Positions 20,030-30,542 of a stretch of 64,000 bases of DNA are shown here, piece after piece. The stretch spans positions 544,001-608,000 of the forward strand of contig CAVTRC010000001.1 in NCBI GenBank assembly GCA_963737065.1. The letters are read 5' to 3'. This stretch comes from Candidatus Eremiobacteria bacterium. GTDB taxonomy: Bacteria; Vulcanimicrobiota; Vulcanimicrobiia; Vulcanimicrobiales; Vulcanimicrobiaceae. The notes under the pieces were generated by a model. It ran no database searches. It worked only from the letters and a program-made list of their open reading frames with translations, and was not told where the DNA came from. Each line of letters starts with the position of its first letter. The stretch's first letter is position 1. The position numbers and the translations under genes were made by a program.

Positions 20030-21298
20030 CTACGGCGATGACGTTGAGAGCGCCTGCGGTCGTGCGCACAGACGCGAGCTCATCGCCCAAACCAGCGCGA
20101 CGAGCAAAAAGTTTGCGACGAGCGAACTGCCGCCGTATGACAGAAACGGAAGCGTAATACCGGTCAAGGGAAACAGGCCGATCACACCACCGATGATGAT
20201 GAAGACCTGAAAGCCGAGCGTCGAGCCCATGCCAACCGCGAGCAACTTGCCGTACAGCGCCGGTTGTTCCGCACCTGCGCGAAGCATGCGACGTACGAGC
20301 ACGAGAAACACCGCAACGACCGCAAACGCTCCAATCAATCCGAATTCCTCCGAATACGCCGCGTACACATAGTCGGTTGCGACGTCGGGAATGAATCCCG
20401 GATGGCCTAAACCGAAACCGGTTCCAAAGAGCCCGCCTGCCGCGAGCGCATAATACGCCTGCGACGACTGGTACCCCGCACCGAGCGGATCGCTAAACGG
20501 ATCGTTCCACACCGCGATGCGCGTCTGCACGTACGGATAGTGATGCACGGCCCAAAAAACGACGACCGCGAAAACAACGATGCCGCCGAGCACGAGATCG
20601 ATTCGTCGCGTCGCAACGTAGAGCAGCGCAGCGAACGTTGCAAGCAGGAGGGTCGCCATGCCCAAGTCTCGCTGCACCACGAGAATCGCCATCGAGCTGC
20701 CCCACCCCAAAAACAGCGGTCCTAGATAGCGGAGATTGGCGCGAACCGACCACGGCCTGGAATTCGCGATAACGTCGGCATTTTCGGCAAGATACGCGGC
20801 GAGGAAAAATACGATGAAGAGCTTGATCAGTTCGATCGGTTCGTATTGAATCGAACCGATGCGAATCCACAGCCGCGCACCGTTGGCTTCTTGCCCGAAA
20901 ACGAGCAAGAGAATGAAGAGCAACAGCGAGGCGACAACCCACAAATATTTGTAAGCGGCAAATTTCCGGAAATGCGTAAAGAGCGGGCCCAGACCGATCG
21001 CAAGTACAAGTGAGACGAGCAGCCACCACTGTTGTTTCTGCGCAAGATCCGGCGAGAGACGCGCGACCAATGCAAGCCCGAGCGCGGAAAGCACGATCGC
21101 AATCGCCGGAATGATGTCGTCGCGAACGGCGTTGACCGGCTGCCACATAACCCAAAGCGCGGCGAGCGCCGCAAGCACGAGCCCGAGCCATGCGGGCCGC
21201 AACGCGCCGACGGGAGCGTACGACAGAATAAAACCGGCAATCACTAACGCGATTGCAACGGTGATCGCGCGCCGCGCGATCAGACCTACCTCAGCCAC
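20030..21298 (-). CDS. rodA: FtsW/RodA/SpoVE SEDS family protein
   Basis: NGARLWI, P.ELIK, QRDLG, GYQ, TDY, PLTGITLPFLSYGGSS. Confidence 0.9.
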   Translation of the reverse strand: MAEVGLIARRAITVAIALVIAGFILSYAPVGALRPAWLGLVLAALAALWVMWQPVNAVRDDIIPAIAIVLSALGLALVARLSPDLAQKQQWWLLVSLVLAIGLGPLFTHFRKFAAYKYLWVVASLLLFILLLVFGQEANGARLWIRIGSIQYEPIELIKLFIVFFLAAYLAENADVIANSRPWSVRANLRYLGPLFLGWGSSMAILVVQRDLGMATLLLATFAALLYVATRRIDLVLGGIVVFAVVVFWAVHHYPYVQTRIAVWNDPFSDPLGAGYQSSQAYYALAAGGLFGTGFGLGHPGFIPDVATDYVYAAYSEEFGLIGAFAVVAVFLVLVRRMLRAGAEQPALYGKLLAVGMGSTLGFQVFIIIGGVIGLFPLTGITLPFLSYGGSSLVANFLLVALVWAMSSRLCARPQALSTSSP

Positions 21299-22035
21299 GC
21301 AGTCGTCAACAGCAATCCAAGAACGAACGTCAGACCGGCAACGGTGCTTTGTATGCAAAGGTCCGGCCGTAGCGGTGCCTTCACCGCCGTTACGATTTCA
21401 TCTACAGCGCGATCGCCGTCGTCAAAGCGCACGACGAGCATGTGTTCGTTGACGCCCGCTTCCTCGACATGCGCGATGAGCGCGCGCCGGTCGACTTCAC
21501 CGCGCACACGATGTCCCATCAGGATCATGACGTCACCCGAATCAACCGCGACGCTCGATACGGACACGTCGAGCGAGGCGGCAGCGCCGAGCGCGCGTGA
21601 GAGCAGCGGTGTGGCGGCCTCCAGCGCATCTTCCGCCGTCAGCGCAGTAACGTCGCCCCGGTGTGCGAGATACGCGGCGGTGCCGCCGCTGTGAATGACA
21701 TACGCGTGTCCACGAACGACGAGCGTCGCGGTCAGCGAACAGCCGGCGGTAACGTAATCGTCATGCGATGCGCTGCGCGAAAAGATGTCGTCGTTCACAC
21801 GCGAGAGGACGGCGAGAACCGCCGTTGCGGCCGCCTGCGGCCGATCGATCGCGCGGCGGAACCGCTCGGCTTTCAGCCGTCGCTCGCACTCACCGCGCAC
21901 GCGCGCAAGGGTTGCGGGCGCCGCGGCGACGCCGTCGATCGTTCCGAAGCCCCGCGCAACCGCGAACAGCCAGGAGCGCGTCCCGAGCTGCAACGACAAA
22001 CACGACGCGCGATCACCACGAATCGCTACGTCCAT
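21286..22035 (-). CDS. PP2C/PstP-like protein lacking the catalytic aspartates (pseudophosphatase), C-terminal TM
   Basis: LFAVARGFG, GCSLTA, HSGGTAAYL, LTAED, LSRALG, GDVMILM; pstP position in the fha-rodA cluster. Confidence 0.7.
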   Translation of the reverse strand: MDVAIRGDRASCLSLQLGTRSWLFAVARGFGTIDGVAAAPATLARVRGECERRLKAERFRRAIDRPQAAATAVLAVLSRVNDDIFSRSASHDDYVTAGCSLTATLVVRGHAYVIHSGGTAAYLAHRGDVTALTAEDALEAATPLLSRALGAAASLDVSVSSVAVDSGDVMILMGHRVRGEVDRRALIAHVEEAGVNEHMLVVRFDDGDRAVDEIVTAVKAPLRPDLCIQSTVAGLTFVLGLLLTTAWLR

Positions 22036-22445
22036 GGACGCAATTTCTCCACGAGCAATCGAGTCGTACCCACATCGACTTGGTCTCCCTCGCGCAACTC
22101 GATGGCGCTCGTTAGCCGCCGTCCGTTGAGAAACGTGCCGTTGCTGCTGTCCAAATCGCGGACGAAAACCGTGCCGTTTTGCGTTTCAAGCCGCGCGTGA
22201 CGGCGGCTGACCTCCGGATCGGCAAGGACGAGCTGCGCGTCCTGCCCGCGTCCGATAACGAGCGGGCACGTCGCCTCGAACGCGCGCTCATTGCCGACTT
22301 CGAGCACGCGCAGCTGCGCTTGAACCGGTGTCAGCACGCCGCCTTCCTCGGCGACTCGCACACGGGGACGTGCTGCAACGATTGCGACGGCAAAGAGCGC
22401 GGCGACGATCTCGAGCGATCCCAGGCGCGCATGCGCCACGTTCAT
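22026..22445 (-). CDS. Membrane-anchored FHA domain protein (FhaB-like)
   Basis: N-terminal TM; IGR, VSRRHA, DLDSSNGTFLNG. Confidence 0.88.
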   Translation of the reverse strand: MNVAHARLGSLEIVAALFAVAIVAARPRVRVAEEGGVLTPVQAQLRVLEVGNERAFEATCPLVIGRGQDAQLVLADPEVSRRHARLETQNGTVFVRDLDSSNGTFLNGRRLTSAIELREGDQVDVGTTRLLVEKLRPWT

Positions 22446-23143
22446 TCGCGAGCCTCCAAACGCATCTGGGTGTTGCCGAACGTCAAGACGTCGCCCGAAA
22501 CCAAGCGGCGCGTTCCGGTGATACGTTGGCCGTTGACGAACGTGCCGTTGGTCGAGCCGAGATCGCTGACCGCGACGTCATCGTGCTTCACGTCAATGGA
22601 GGCATGCGTACGCGAGACGCTCGGATCGACGAGGAAGACATCACTCTCTTCGTGGCGGCCGATCGACGCGACGCCGTCGATGAAGTAGACACCGTACGCC
22701 GGCACGCCTTTGATCATACGTAAATGATAACGCTTCGGAGCCGCGAGCGCAGGGGCGTCGGGAATCGAAATCGTCACGTCGCTCGCGACCGCAACGTCGA
22801 CCATTCCGAGCGGAATACCGGGACGCGCCTGCATCTCGACACTCGGGCCACCGTCGAAGAAATAGACGCCGACGCGCGCGGCCATATCGCGCAGAAGCTC
22901 GGCCCACTCGCGCTCAAGATACGCGCGGTGCTCCGCGAGGCGCTCGAAGTCTTCTGCATTCATGTAGACAAGATACGAGCCCGGCGCGAGCAGATGCCCG
23001 TCCTGACCGCGCGTGCGCGCTTCCATCGTTGCAACGAGTTTCCGCGCGACTTGCGCGGGTTCGAGATCGCTCGGAAACGTTTTCGCAAACGTTCGCTCGA
23101 TGAACGCAGCACAAGCTTGTTCTATGCGCGCAAACCAGCTCAC
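22442..23143 (-). CDS. DUF3662 + FHA domain protein (FhaA-like)
   Basis: LEPAQVARKL N-terminal domain; IGR, VSRTHA, DLGSTNGT; alternative TTG start at 23152. Confidence 0.88.
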   Translation of the reverse strand: MSWFARIEQACAAFIERTFAKTFPSDLEPAQVARKLVATMEARTRGQDGHLLAPGSYLVYMNAEDFERLAEHRAYLEREWAELLRDMAARVGVYFFDGGPSVEMQARPGIPLGMVDVAVASDVTISIPDAPALAAPKRYHLRMIKGVPAYGVYFIDGVASIGRHEESDVFLVDPSVSRTHASIDVKHDDVAVSDLGSTNGTFVNGQRITGTRRLVSGDVLTFGNTQMRLEARE

Positions 23144-23167
23144 GGTAGACAACGAACCGGCAGTATA

Positions 23168-24499
23168 CTACCGGCGCTCCAGTCGCGCGATGAAGAACCC
23201 GTCTCGGCCGCCGATTCCCGGCGCAACGCACACGTCGCCGTCATCGGTGAGCAAGGGCTCGTAGCGAGCGGGGATAAGACCTCGCTCGAAATTGTGATGA
23301 CGGCGGAGCCATTCAACGATCTCGATCGTCTCCCGCGGATCCGTAGAGCACACGGCGTACACGAGTGCGCCGCCTTCATGGACTGCCGGCGCGATCCGGT
23401 CGAGAATCGCGCGCTGTGTCTGCGAAAGACGTTCGCCGTCACCCGGCTGCTTCTTCCAGCGCGCCTCCGGGTGCCGCCCGAGAACGCCGATGCCCGAGCA
23501 CGGGGCATCAATCAAGATCCGGTCAAATCGCTGCTCGGGAGCGAGCAGCTCGGTAGCCGCGTCACCGATCACGACGCCGGCCGGCACACCGGCCTGTTCA
23601 AGGCGCTGCCGGAGCGTCTCGGCTTTGCGGTCGTCGATCTCGATGCATAGCATCGAGCCACGGCCGGCGAGGCGCGTGCCGATCTGTAGCGCCTTGTTTC
23701 CGCGTCCGCTGCATACGTCGAGGATCGCCTCTTCCGGCTGCGGGTTGAGCACGTCGGCCGGCATCGCGCTGCTCTCTGACTGAATCCACCACGCGCCCGC
23801 GGCGGAGAGCTCATTGCGCCGCGCGTATCCGCCGTCGGCCACCGCGAGCGATTCGGGAACCAACCGCGACGCTTGCGTATCGACACCAGCTTCCCGAAAA
23901 CGTTCCGCGACGTCGCCGGGCTGCGTCTGGAGCGTGTTGATCGTAATCGACGTACGCGCGGGCTCATTCACGCCCGCGCAAATCTCTGCGACGCGTTCCG
24001 GAAATGCCGTACGCCATTGACGAACGATCCACGTCGGTAACGAGTATCGCGTTCCCAGATAGTCGTCGTCGCTGTCGAAGTCTTCGGGCATCGGCTCGTG
24101 CGGCCGGTCTCGCAGGAACGAACGCAACACGCCGTTGACGAGATTCGCAACGCCACGATGTCCGTGACGCTTTGCGAGGTTGACGAATTCGAAGACGGTC
24201 GCATGTTCGTCGGGGTTCGTATACACGAGCTCGAAGACGGCAAGGCGCAAAATTTCCCGTATGACGGGCGGCAGCGATCGGGCGCGTTCACCGACGAACG
24301 GATGCAGATACCAGTCCACCGCGCGGCGCATTTTGATCGCGCCGTATGCGAGCTCGGTTGCGAAGGCTCGATCGCGCGGCGAAAGATTCGCTTTACGGGC
24401 GCGATAGTCGAGCGACTCTTGCGCGCCGCGTTCGCGTCCCGTTCCGTTCTGCACAAACACATCACGAACGGTGTGCAGGGCGACGTCGCGCGCGTTCAT
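23168..24499 (-). CDS. rsmB: 16S rRNA m5C967 methyltransferase
   Basis: NusB-like N-terminus, DAPCSG, YAVCS, DGFFIA. Confidence 0.92.
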   Translation of the reverse strand: MNARDVALHTVRDVFVQNGTGRERGAQESLDYRARKANLSPRDRAFATELAYGAIKMRRAVDWYLHPFVGERARSLPPVIREILRLAVFELVYTNPDEHATVFEFVNLAKRHGHRGVANLVNGVLRSFLRDRPHEPMPEDFDSDDDYLGTRYSLPTWIVRQWRTAFPERVAEICAGVNEPARTSITINTLQTQPGDVAERFREAGVDTQASRLVPESLAVADGGYARRNELSAAGAWWIQSESSAMPADVLNPQPEEAILDVCSGRGNKALQIGTRLAGRGSMLCIEIDDRKAETLRQRLEQAGVPAGVVIGDAATELLAPEQRFDRILIDAPCSGIGVLGRHPEARWKKQPGDGERLSQTQRAILDRIAPAVHEGGALVYAVCSTDPRETIEIVEWLRRHHNFERGLIPARYEPLLTDDGDVCVAPGIGGRDGFFIARLERR

Positions 24500-25359
24500 G
24501 TGGGTTTGCGCTGATCGGGGAAACCCGCGTTCTCGCGATCGGTCCGCGACCGGCGATACGCCTCGCCCGACATGCGTCCGCGATTGGGCGCAATGACTTC
24601 ATCGAGCACGAGCGCGCCGTCTTCAACATGCGCGCGCAAGATTTTGATGGTCTCGCCATCGACGTCCATGCGCGCACCGGGTTGCGGTGAAAATGCACGC
24701 ACGGCCGCGACGATCCGCTCCGGATGCCATAGTGGGTCGATCGTGAGATCGTCTTTCGAAATCGGAGCGGTGATGTTCGGCTCACCGGTTTGTGGAGCCC
24801 GCGGTAACACGCCCTTGTCCGCGAAATCGAGCGCTTCGCCGAGCAATTCGCCGCCGTAGAGCGCAAGTCTATCGTGCAGCGTGCCGTAGGTGTCATCCGG
24901 TTCGATCGGCACGCGTTCTTGCAGGACGATATCGCCGGTATCCATTCCCGCATCCATGAGCATGATGGTGACACCGGTTTCCGCGTCGCCGTTGCGCAAC
25001 GCCGTTTGAATCGGCGTCGCACCGCGATACAGCGGCAGAAGTGACGGATGAACGTTCAGTGCGCCGAGCTTTGGAAGATCGAGCAGCGTCTGCGGCAAGA
25101 TCCGCCCGTACGATGCGAGAGCGAAGAGATCGAACGACTCACCGGCGATCTCGTTCGCGAACTGCTTGAGGTTCGCCGGTTCGTACACGCGCAGGCTCAA
25201 ATCGACTGCGGCCTGCTTTACGGCTGTCGCGCGCAGTCGGTGTCCGCGTCCCGCGGGACGATCGGGCTGCGTGACGACGGCCGCGACGTTGGTTCGCGCG
25301 GCGAGCACGTGCAGACTCGGTACGGCAAACGCGCTCGCACCGAAAAACAGCGTGCGCAA
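24496..25359 (-). CDS. fmt: Methionyl-tRNA formyltransferase
   Basis: VTQPDRPAGRG, NVHPSLLPLYRGATP, MDAGMDTG. Confidence 0.95.
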   Translation of the reverse strand: MRTLFFGASAFAVPSLHVLAARTNVAAVVTQPDRPAGRGHRLRATAVKQAAVDLSLRVYEPANLKQFANEIAGESFDLFALASYGRILPQTLLDLPKLGALNVHPSLLPLYRGATPIQTALRNGDAETGVTIMLMDAGMDTGDIVLQERVPIEPDDTYGTLHDRLALYGGELLGEALDFADKGVLPRAPQTGEPNITAPISKDDLTIDPLWHPERIVAAVRAFSPQPGARMDVDGETIKILRAHVEDGALVLDEVIAPNRGRMSGEAYRRSRTDRENAGFPDQRKPT

Positions 25360-25373
25360 CGGTAGCGAGACTC

Positions 25374-25898
25374 CTAGATGGCTTCGGCTTGCGCGGCTTC
25401 GGCGATCTCGTGTTCTTCTTCCGTTTGCGGCTTGCGGATGTTCTTCGCTTTGTCGATGTAGAGCACGCCGTTGAGATGGTCGATCTCGTGCTGCAGGCAC
25501 TGGGCGAATAAGTCTTCGCCTTCCAAGCGAATCTTTTGCCCGTTACGATCTAGACCGCTCACCGCGACTTTACGGAAACGCGCGATCTCACCGACGTGTC
25601 CCGGAACCGAAAGGCAACCTTCCGTCATCTCGACTTCCTCTTCCGCGAGTTCGACCTTGGGGTTGATCACGACGGCCCGCTCGTGCACGTCGTCCTGCAC
25701 GTCCATGACGAACATCCGCTTCGAAACGTTCACTTGCGGCGCGGCGAGCCCGACGCCGGGCGCCGCGTACATCGTTTCGAACATATCTTCGATCAGCTGC
25801 TGAAAAAGCGGATCGGAAATTTCCTTCGGGTCGACTTTTTTGGCTACTTTGCGCAACGTCGGATGGCTATCGAGGACGATCTCGCGGATGTAGGGCAT
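25374..25898 (-). CDS. def: Peptide deformylase
   Basis: GVGLAAPQ, EGCLS, QHEIDHLNG. Confidence 0.97.
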   Translation of the reverse strand: MPYIREIVLDSHPTLRKVAKKVDPKEISDPLFQQLIEDMFETMYAAPGVGLAAPQVNVSKRMFVMDVQDDVHERAVVINPKVELAEEEVEMTEGCLSVPGHVGEIARFRKVAVSGLDRNGQKIRLEGEDLFAQCLQHEIDHLNGVLYIDKAKNIRKPQTEEEHEIAEAAQAEAI

Positions 25899-25997
25899 GG
25901 AGCCACTATTCTACACGGCAAAGTACGCGTTCATGCCCACGACGCCGAAACGGCCGGCGGTACCAACCGCCGGCCGTTCCACGTATGAAGGCTGTCG

Positions 25998-28388
25998 TTA
26001 TAGCGCGTTCGCGAGCGCCCAGCCCTTCGGTGTGCCGATACCGGCGGCTTGGTTGTACTGCGACGCGTTGCACGAGTAGGCGATGTTATTGCCCGACGTG
26101 CACGGCGTGTAGTAGCTGCTATAGCCGGTCGACTTGAACAAGCTGTACAGCGTAGAGTTCAGCCATCCGAGCTTCGCGCCGTGGACCTGATCGGCTTCGA
26201 GGAAGAGCGCGACCGAAGCCGGCGACGACCACGAGGTGCCGAGGTACGACGCAAACGCGCCGCCCGTGTACACCGCGACGGGGTCGAACGGCAGCGAGAT
26301 ATCCGGCTGATTTCGACCGGAGGTAATCACACCGGCGATCCCGCTCTGCCAGCTGGGAAGCGCGACGATCGTCGAAACGCCGCCACCACCGTAACACATA
26401 CCGCTCGAGCTTCCGCACGCGGCGCTGCCCGCCGTTACGGTTTGCAATACGCCGGAGCTGTTGTACGTGAAGTTCACGCCGCCGATCGACGTGAAGTACG
26501 GATCGCCGGCCGGCGCACTAACGCCTTTCGCGTTGTCGTTGCTTCCGCATTCGTTCGAGCCCGAGTCGCCCGACGACGCCGAGAATTCAACGCCTTCGGC
26601 GGCGCCTTGTTGCGCGATCGAATTCGTCGCCGATTCAAATGACGGATCGCTCGATTCGCATCCGCCGAACGAGGAGTTCACGGCAACTGCTTTGCCGTCG
26701 CTCAGCGCTTGATTGTACGCGTCTTCGATCGCCTGATCGGTAAGCGAACCCATGTCGTAGACGATGATGTTCGCACCCGGCGCAAGCCCCGCAATCGTTT
26801 GCACGTCGAGGTCGGTCTCCGGATCGTCACCGCTGCCGCCGCCGTCGACGGCTTCATTCGTGACGGTTCCGGTTTGCGTAACGCCCGACGCCGAGAGGTA
26901 GCTTCTGAGGTAGCTCGTGTTCACCGGGTCGTCGATGATGACGGCCGCCGTGTAGCCCGCGCCGTTGCAGCCGTGCTGCACCGGGAAATCAAACGGCTTC
27001 GCAACACCGGTTGCAAGCGTCCCGCTCGAGTTCGAAAGCGGACCGTTGTCGGCTGCTGCGCCGTTGCAACCCGATCCCGGCGTCGACGTTGGTTGTGACG
27101 TCGGCGTCGACGTGGGCTGAGCGGTCGGCGTCGCCGTCGGGCCGGTGGTCGGCGTCGAGGTTGGTTTCGCCGTCGGCGTCGCGGTTGGGGACGGCGTCGG
27201 CGTCGAGCTGCCGCCGCTGAGGTTCAATGCCGTCGAGTCGATGAAGAAATCGGTCTCGTAGCTGCCGTTCTGTTGGGACGTCCACTTGATCTGCGCGCTC
27301 GTCCCCGCGAACGCCGACAGACTCACCGTTTGCTTCACATAATAGCCATTGGTCTGATTGACGTTCGAGAACGATTGCACGGTCGTGCCGTTCACCGTCA
27401 ACTTCAACGTGTCGATCGCCGAGTTCGGCTCGTTGCTGCCGATGTACAAGTAGTACGTCAGCGTTGCGCTGCACCCGGCCGGAATGTTGACGGTTTGCGA
27501 GAGCGTATCGGTTTCGGGCGACGTGTAGCCGTCCATCCATGCAAACCAGTTGCCTTGATAGGCATATGGCGAGTAACGATAGATGACTCCCGAGGACGCG
27601 CTCCAATTGCGATTACCCGATTCGAATCCGGGGTTGAGCAGCAATTGGCCCGAGCATCCCGATGCCATCGTGCGCATCGCCGCGGGCAATTCTTCGCTCG
27701 GCGATCCACCCGTCTGCTTCGAGCCGGGTTGCACGGTGATGTTGGGACGCGTTACGACGCCATCTTGATCGACTTGCGTCCGCGCAATGACGACGTTGCT
27801 AAGGGACGCCGTGTGCACGTACTGAGCGATTGACGCCGGGATCGTCGCCGGCTTGAGGTTCGCGAACCGCTGACCGTACTTGCCTTGGTTCACGTTGTGC
27901 ATTTCCGTGCTGAAGAAACGCTCGACGGTTGCGCTCGGCGCCTTTGCATCGACAATCGTGCGGTTCGGGTACCGCTTGGTGATCGTAAAGCCTGCCTTCT
28001 GGAGCGCGGCGACGACAGCTTGCTCTTGCTGCGCCGTGGGTGCATAGTACGCGTTGAACGCGGCCGGACTGAGAAATTGATGACCGCCGTTTCGGCCGCT
28101 CTGGGCGGCGATGAATGAATCCAGTTCTGCCTGATGGTTGTAATTGAGGACGATTGCGACGCTGACGGGCGCCGTCGGGGCACGCCGTCCGGCGTCGGAA
28201 AACGCTAGGCGGCCGCGCGTCATCGGAATGGAGATCGCCTGAGCCGTGGACTGGGGATTGTTCGTTTCGACCTGCGGGCCCGTCGATGAAGAGTTCACCG
28301 ACGGTAACGATGATTTTCCACCGCTACACGCCGCGAGGGCAAGGGCGAGAACAAGTGAACCCGCCACTGCCCTGTGGAGTCTTTGCAT
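25998..28388 (-). CDS. S53 (sedolisin/kumamolisin) peptidase lipoprotein with an inserted beta-sandwich domain and Pro/Thr linker
   Basis: Lipobox LAAC; prodomain; ETDLD, SGDSG, GTSWSSP; LLNPGFESG..DFFIDST insert. Confidence 0.85.
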   Translation of the reverse strand: MQRLHRAVAGSLVLALALAACSGGKSSLPSVNSSSTGPQVETNNPQSTAQAISIPMTRGRLAFSDAGRRAPTAPVSVAIVLNYNHQAELDSFIAAQSGRNGGHQFLSPAAFNAYYAPTAQQEQAVVAALQKAGFTITKRYPNRTIVDAKAPSATVERFFSTEMHNVNQGKYGQRFANLKPATIPASIAQYVHTASLSNVVIARTQVDQDGVVTRPNITVQPGSKQTGGSPSEELPAAMRTMASGCSGQLLLNPGFESGNRNWSASSGVIYRYSPYAYQGNWFAWMDGYTSPETDTLSQTVNIPAGCSATLTYYLYIGSNEPNSAIDTLKLTVNGTTVQSFSNVNQTNGYYVKQTVSLSAFAGTSAQIKWTSQQNGSYETDFFIDSTALNLSGGSSTPTPSPTATPTAKPTSTPTTGPTATPTAQPTSTPTSQPTSTPGSGCNGAAADNGPLSNSSGTLATGVAKPFDFPVQHGCNGAGYTAAVIIDDPVNTSYLRSYLSASGVTQTGTVTNEAVDGGGSGDDPETDLDVQTIAGLAPGANIIVYDMGSLTDQAIEDAYNQALSDGKAVAVNSSFGGCESSDPSFESATNSIAQQGAAEGVEFSASSGDSGSNECGSNDNAKGVSAPAGDPYFTSIGGVNFTYNSSGVLQTVTAGSAACGSSSGMCYGGGGVSTIVALPSWQSGIAGVITSGRNQPDISLPFDPVAVYTGGAFASYLGTSWSSPASVALFLEADQVHGAKLGWLNSTLYSLFKSTGYSSYYTPCTSGNNIAYSCNASQYNQAAGIGTPKGWALANAL

Positions 28389-28573
28389 GTACGCACCTCG
28401 TTGAAGCAGCAATAACGCATGCGCGCCGGCGCACGGTTAAACTACCGTAATGAAAATCGCGGAGTGCGCATAAGCGTAAACCCTCACGTAGATGCGTTTT
28501 GCACCTATGCTAGGGGCGGCAGGGGCTCAGCTGCCTCGTTCCCCGCCGTGCGAACCGATCGATCGCGACGTAC

Positions 28574-29056
28574 CTATTGCAGGGTGAACGTTCCGCCGGG
28601 AATATTTTGGGGCGTGCAGTTGTTCGTTGCGTTGTTTATCGCGGTCTGCAGCTGCGTTCCCGGACTAAAATTCGCGTACAACGAGTTCACGAGTCCGACG
28701 GCTTCATACGTCGGATTGGGAATCGTCGTCGGCGCAGACCCCGCCGGCAGCTGGCTCGCCGGTATAGCGCTCAGCGCATTTGCCGTATACGAAGAATTGT
28801 TCGTGTTCGCCACGTTGTACAGGTAGAGGTTGAACTGAGTCGGGCTGCTCGGCAACGGCGAGCTCACCGCGACGACGATCTCGGAGATTGTCGCCGGCAC
28901 CTTCGTTGCGCCGGGCGCCGGATACACGAGCTGCGTCGTGACGTTTGGAATGCACGTCGGCCCGGGCGTCGGATTGGTGTTTGGCGTGCCGCCGTTACAA
29001 GCTGCCAGGCCGATCACGAGCAGAACGCCGGCAGGGAAGAGTGAGCGTCTCAACAT
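28574..29056 (-). CDS. Hypothetical lipoprotein
   Basis: Lipobox LAAC, PTPGPT linker, LVYPAPGAT. Confidence 0.75.
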   Translation of the reverse strand: MLRRSLFPAGVLLVIGLAACNGGTPNTNPTPGPTCIPNVTTQLVYPAPGATKVPATISEIVVAVSSPLPSSPTQFNLYLYNVANTNNSSYTANALSAIPASQLPAGSAPTTIPNPTYEAVGLVNSLYANFSPGTQLQTAINNATNNCTPQNIPGGTFTLQ

Positions 29057-29102
29057 TCAATCATCCTAGCGCCGACTACTTGATATTCGGATGAGAATCG
29101 GC

Positions 29103-30542
29103 TTAAAGGATATACGCGGATAGGTCCGCGTTCTGCACGACGTCTTGCAACCGTTCGCGAACGTATGCACCGTCGATTGTTACGCTTCCGGTCTTAGGTG
29201 GCGCTTCATAACTGATTTCCTCGAGCAGACGCTCGAGCACGGTATGCAAACGGCGCGCGCCGATGTTTTCACTTTGTTCGTTGACTTGCATGGCGAACGT
29301 AGCGACCTGCGCGATCGCATCCTCGGTAAATTCAAGCGTTACGTCTTCCGTGCCGAGCAGCGCCTTGTATTGTTCGATCAGCGCGTTTTTCGGCTTGGTG
29401 AGAATCGTCTTGAAGTCTTCCGCGGTGAGCGAGTCGAGCTCAACGCGAATCGGGAAACGTCCCTGCAGTTCCGGAATCAAATCGGATGGTTTGCTGATAT
29501 GGAATGCGCCCGCCGCGATAAACAAGACGTGGTCGGTTTTGATCGGGCCGTGCTTTGTGTTGACGGTCGAACCTTCGACGATCGGTAGAATGTCGCGTTG
29601 CACGCCCTCACGAGAAACATCCGGCCCGCGTGCGCCTTCGCGTCCGGCAACTTTATCGATTTCATCGATGAAAATGATGCCGTCTTCGCCCGCGCGTCGC
29701 AACGCTTCGCGTTTGACCGCGTCCATATCGATCAGTTTCTGCGCTTCTTCCTGCGCGAAGATACGCCGCGCCTCGGCAACCGTCACACGCTTCTTGCTAC
29801 GCTTTTTCGGCATCAGTCCGCCAAGCATCTCGCCGAGATCTCCGCCGCCCATGCCGCCTTGATCCATGCCGCCGCCGATCACCCCGATCGGTAAACTGGG
29901 GGTCTCTTCAACGTCGATTTCGATCAAGCGGACGTCGTAGAAACCGCGCTCGATCTCGCTGCGCGTCTGCTCGCGAATGCGCTGCACTTCACTCTGCGGC
30001 GCGGACGGCGGTGCCGGAGGGGGCTGCGTCGGCTGAAAGTTGTTGCCGAAAATCGAGCCGAGCGTCGCTGCGAACGGATTATTCCCGCCTTGCGGCTGAC
30101 GCGGCGCGGTTTCGGGTTGCAACACGTCGATGATCCGCTCTACCGCTTGTTTTTCAGCGAGCTCGGCAACCTCGGACCGGCGCTCCTCCGTCAGCATGCG
30201 TACCGCGGCTTCAACCAAATCGCGCACCATCGATTCGACGTCGCGGCCCACGTAACCGACCTCGGTGTACTTTGTCGCTTCCACTTTCACGAACGGCGCG
30301 CCGACGAGCCCGGCGAGGCGCCGTGCGATTTCGGTCTTACCGACGCCGGTTGGTCCGATCATGAGGATGTTCTTCGGCGTGATTTCTTCGCGCAAATCTT
30401 CACCCACACGCGCGCGGCGGTAGCGGTTACGCAACGCGATCGCCACGGCGCGCTTCGCGTTGCCCTGACCGACAATGTATTTATCGAGTTCTTCGACGAT
30501 TTGCCGCGGCGTCAAGCTCGTCGTTTCGCTTACGGCCGTCAT
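29103..30542 (-). CDS. hslU: ATP-dependent protease ATPase subunit HslU
   Basis: [26 protein letters not shown]. Confidence 0.97.
   Translation of the reverse strand: MTAVSETTSLTPRQIVEELDKYIVGQGNAKRAVAIALRNRYRRARVGEDLREEITPKNILMIGPTGVGKTEIARRLAGLVGAPFVKVEATKYTEVGYVGRDVESMVRDLVEAAVRMLTEERRSEVAELAEKQAVERIIDVLQPETAPRQPQGGNNPFAATLGSIFGNNFQPTQPPPAPPSAPQSEVQRIREQTRSEIERGFYDVRLIEIDVEETPSLPIGVIGGGMDQGGMGGGDLGEMLGGLMPKKRSKKRVTVAEARRIFAQEEAQKLIDMDAVKREALRRAGEDGIIFIDEIDKVAGREGARGPDVSREGVQRDILPIVEGSTVNTKHGPIKTDHVLFIAAGAFHISKPSDLIPELQGRFPIRVELDSLTAEDFKTILTKPKNALIEQYKALLGTEDVTLEFTEDAIAQVATFAMQVNEQSENIGARRLHTVLERLLEEISYEAPPKTGSVTIDGAYVRERLQDVVQNADLSAYIL

Noticed and set aside
27078..27205. Repetitive GC-rich stretch
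   Set aside because: Ordinary Pro/Thr linker of the S53 peptidase
28419..28570. Possible riboswitch upstream of the S53 gene
   Set aside because: Only a generic GC hairpin; no aptamer consensus recognised
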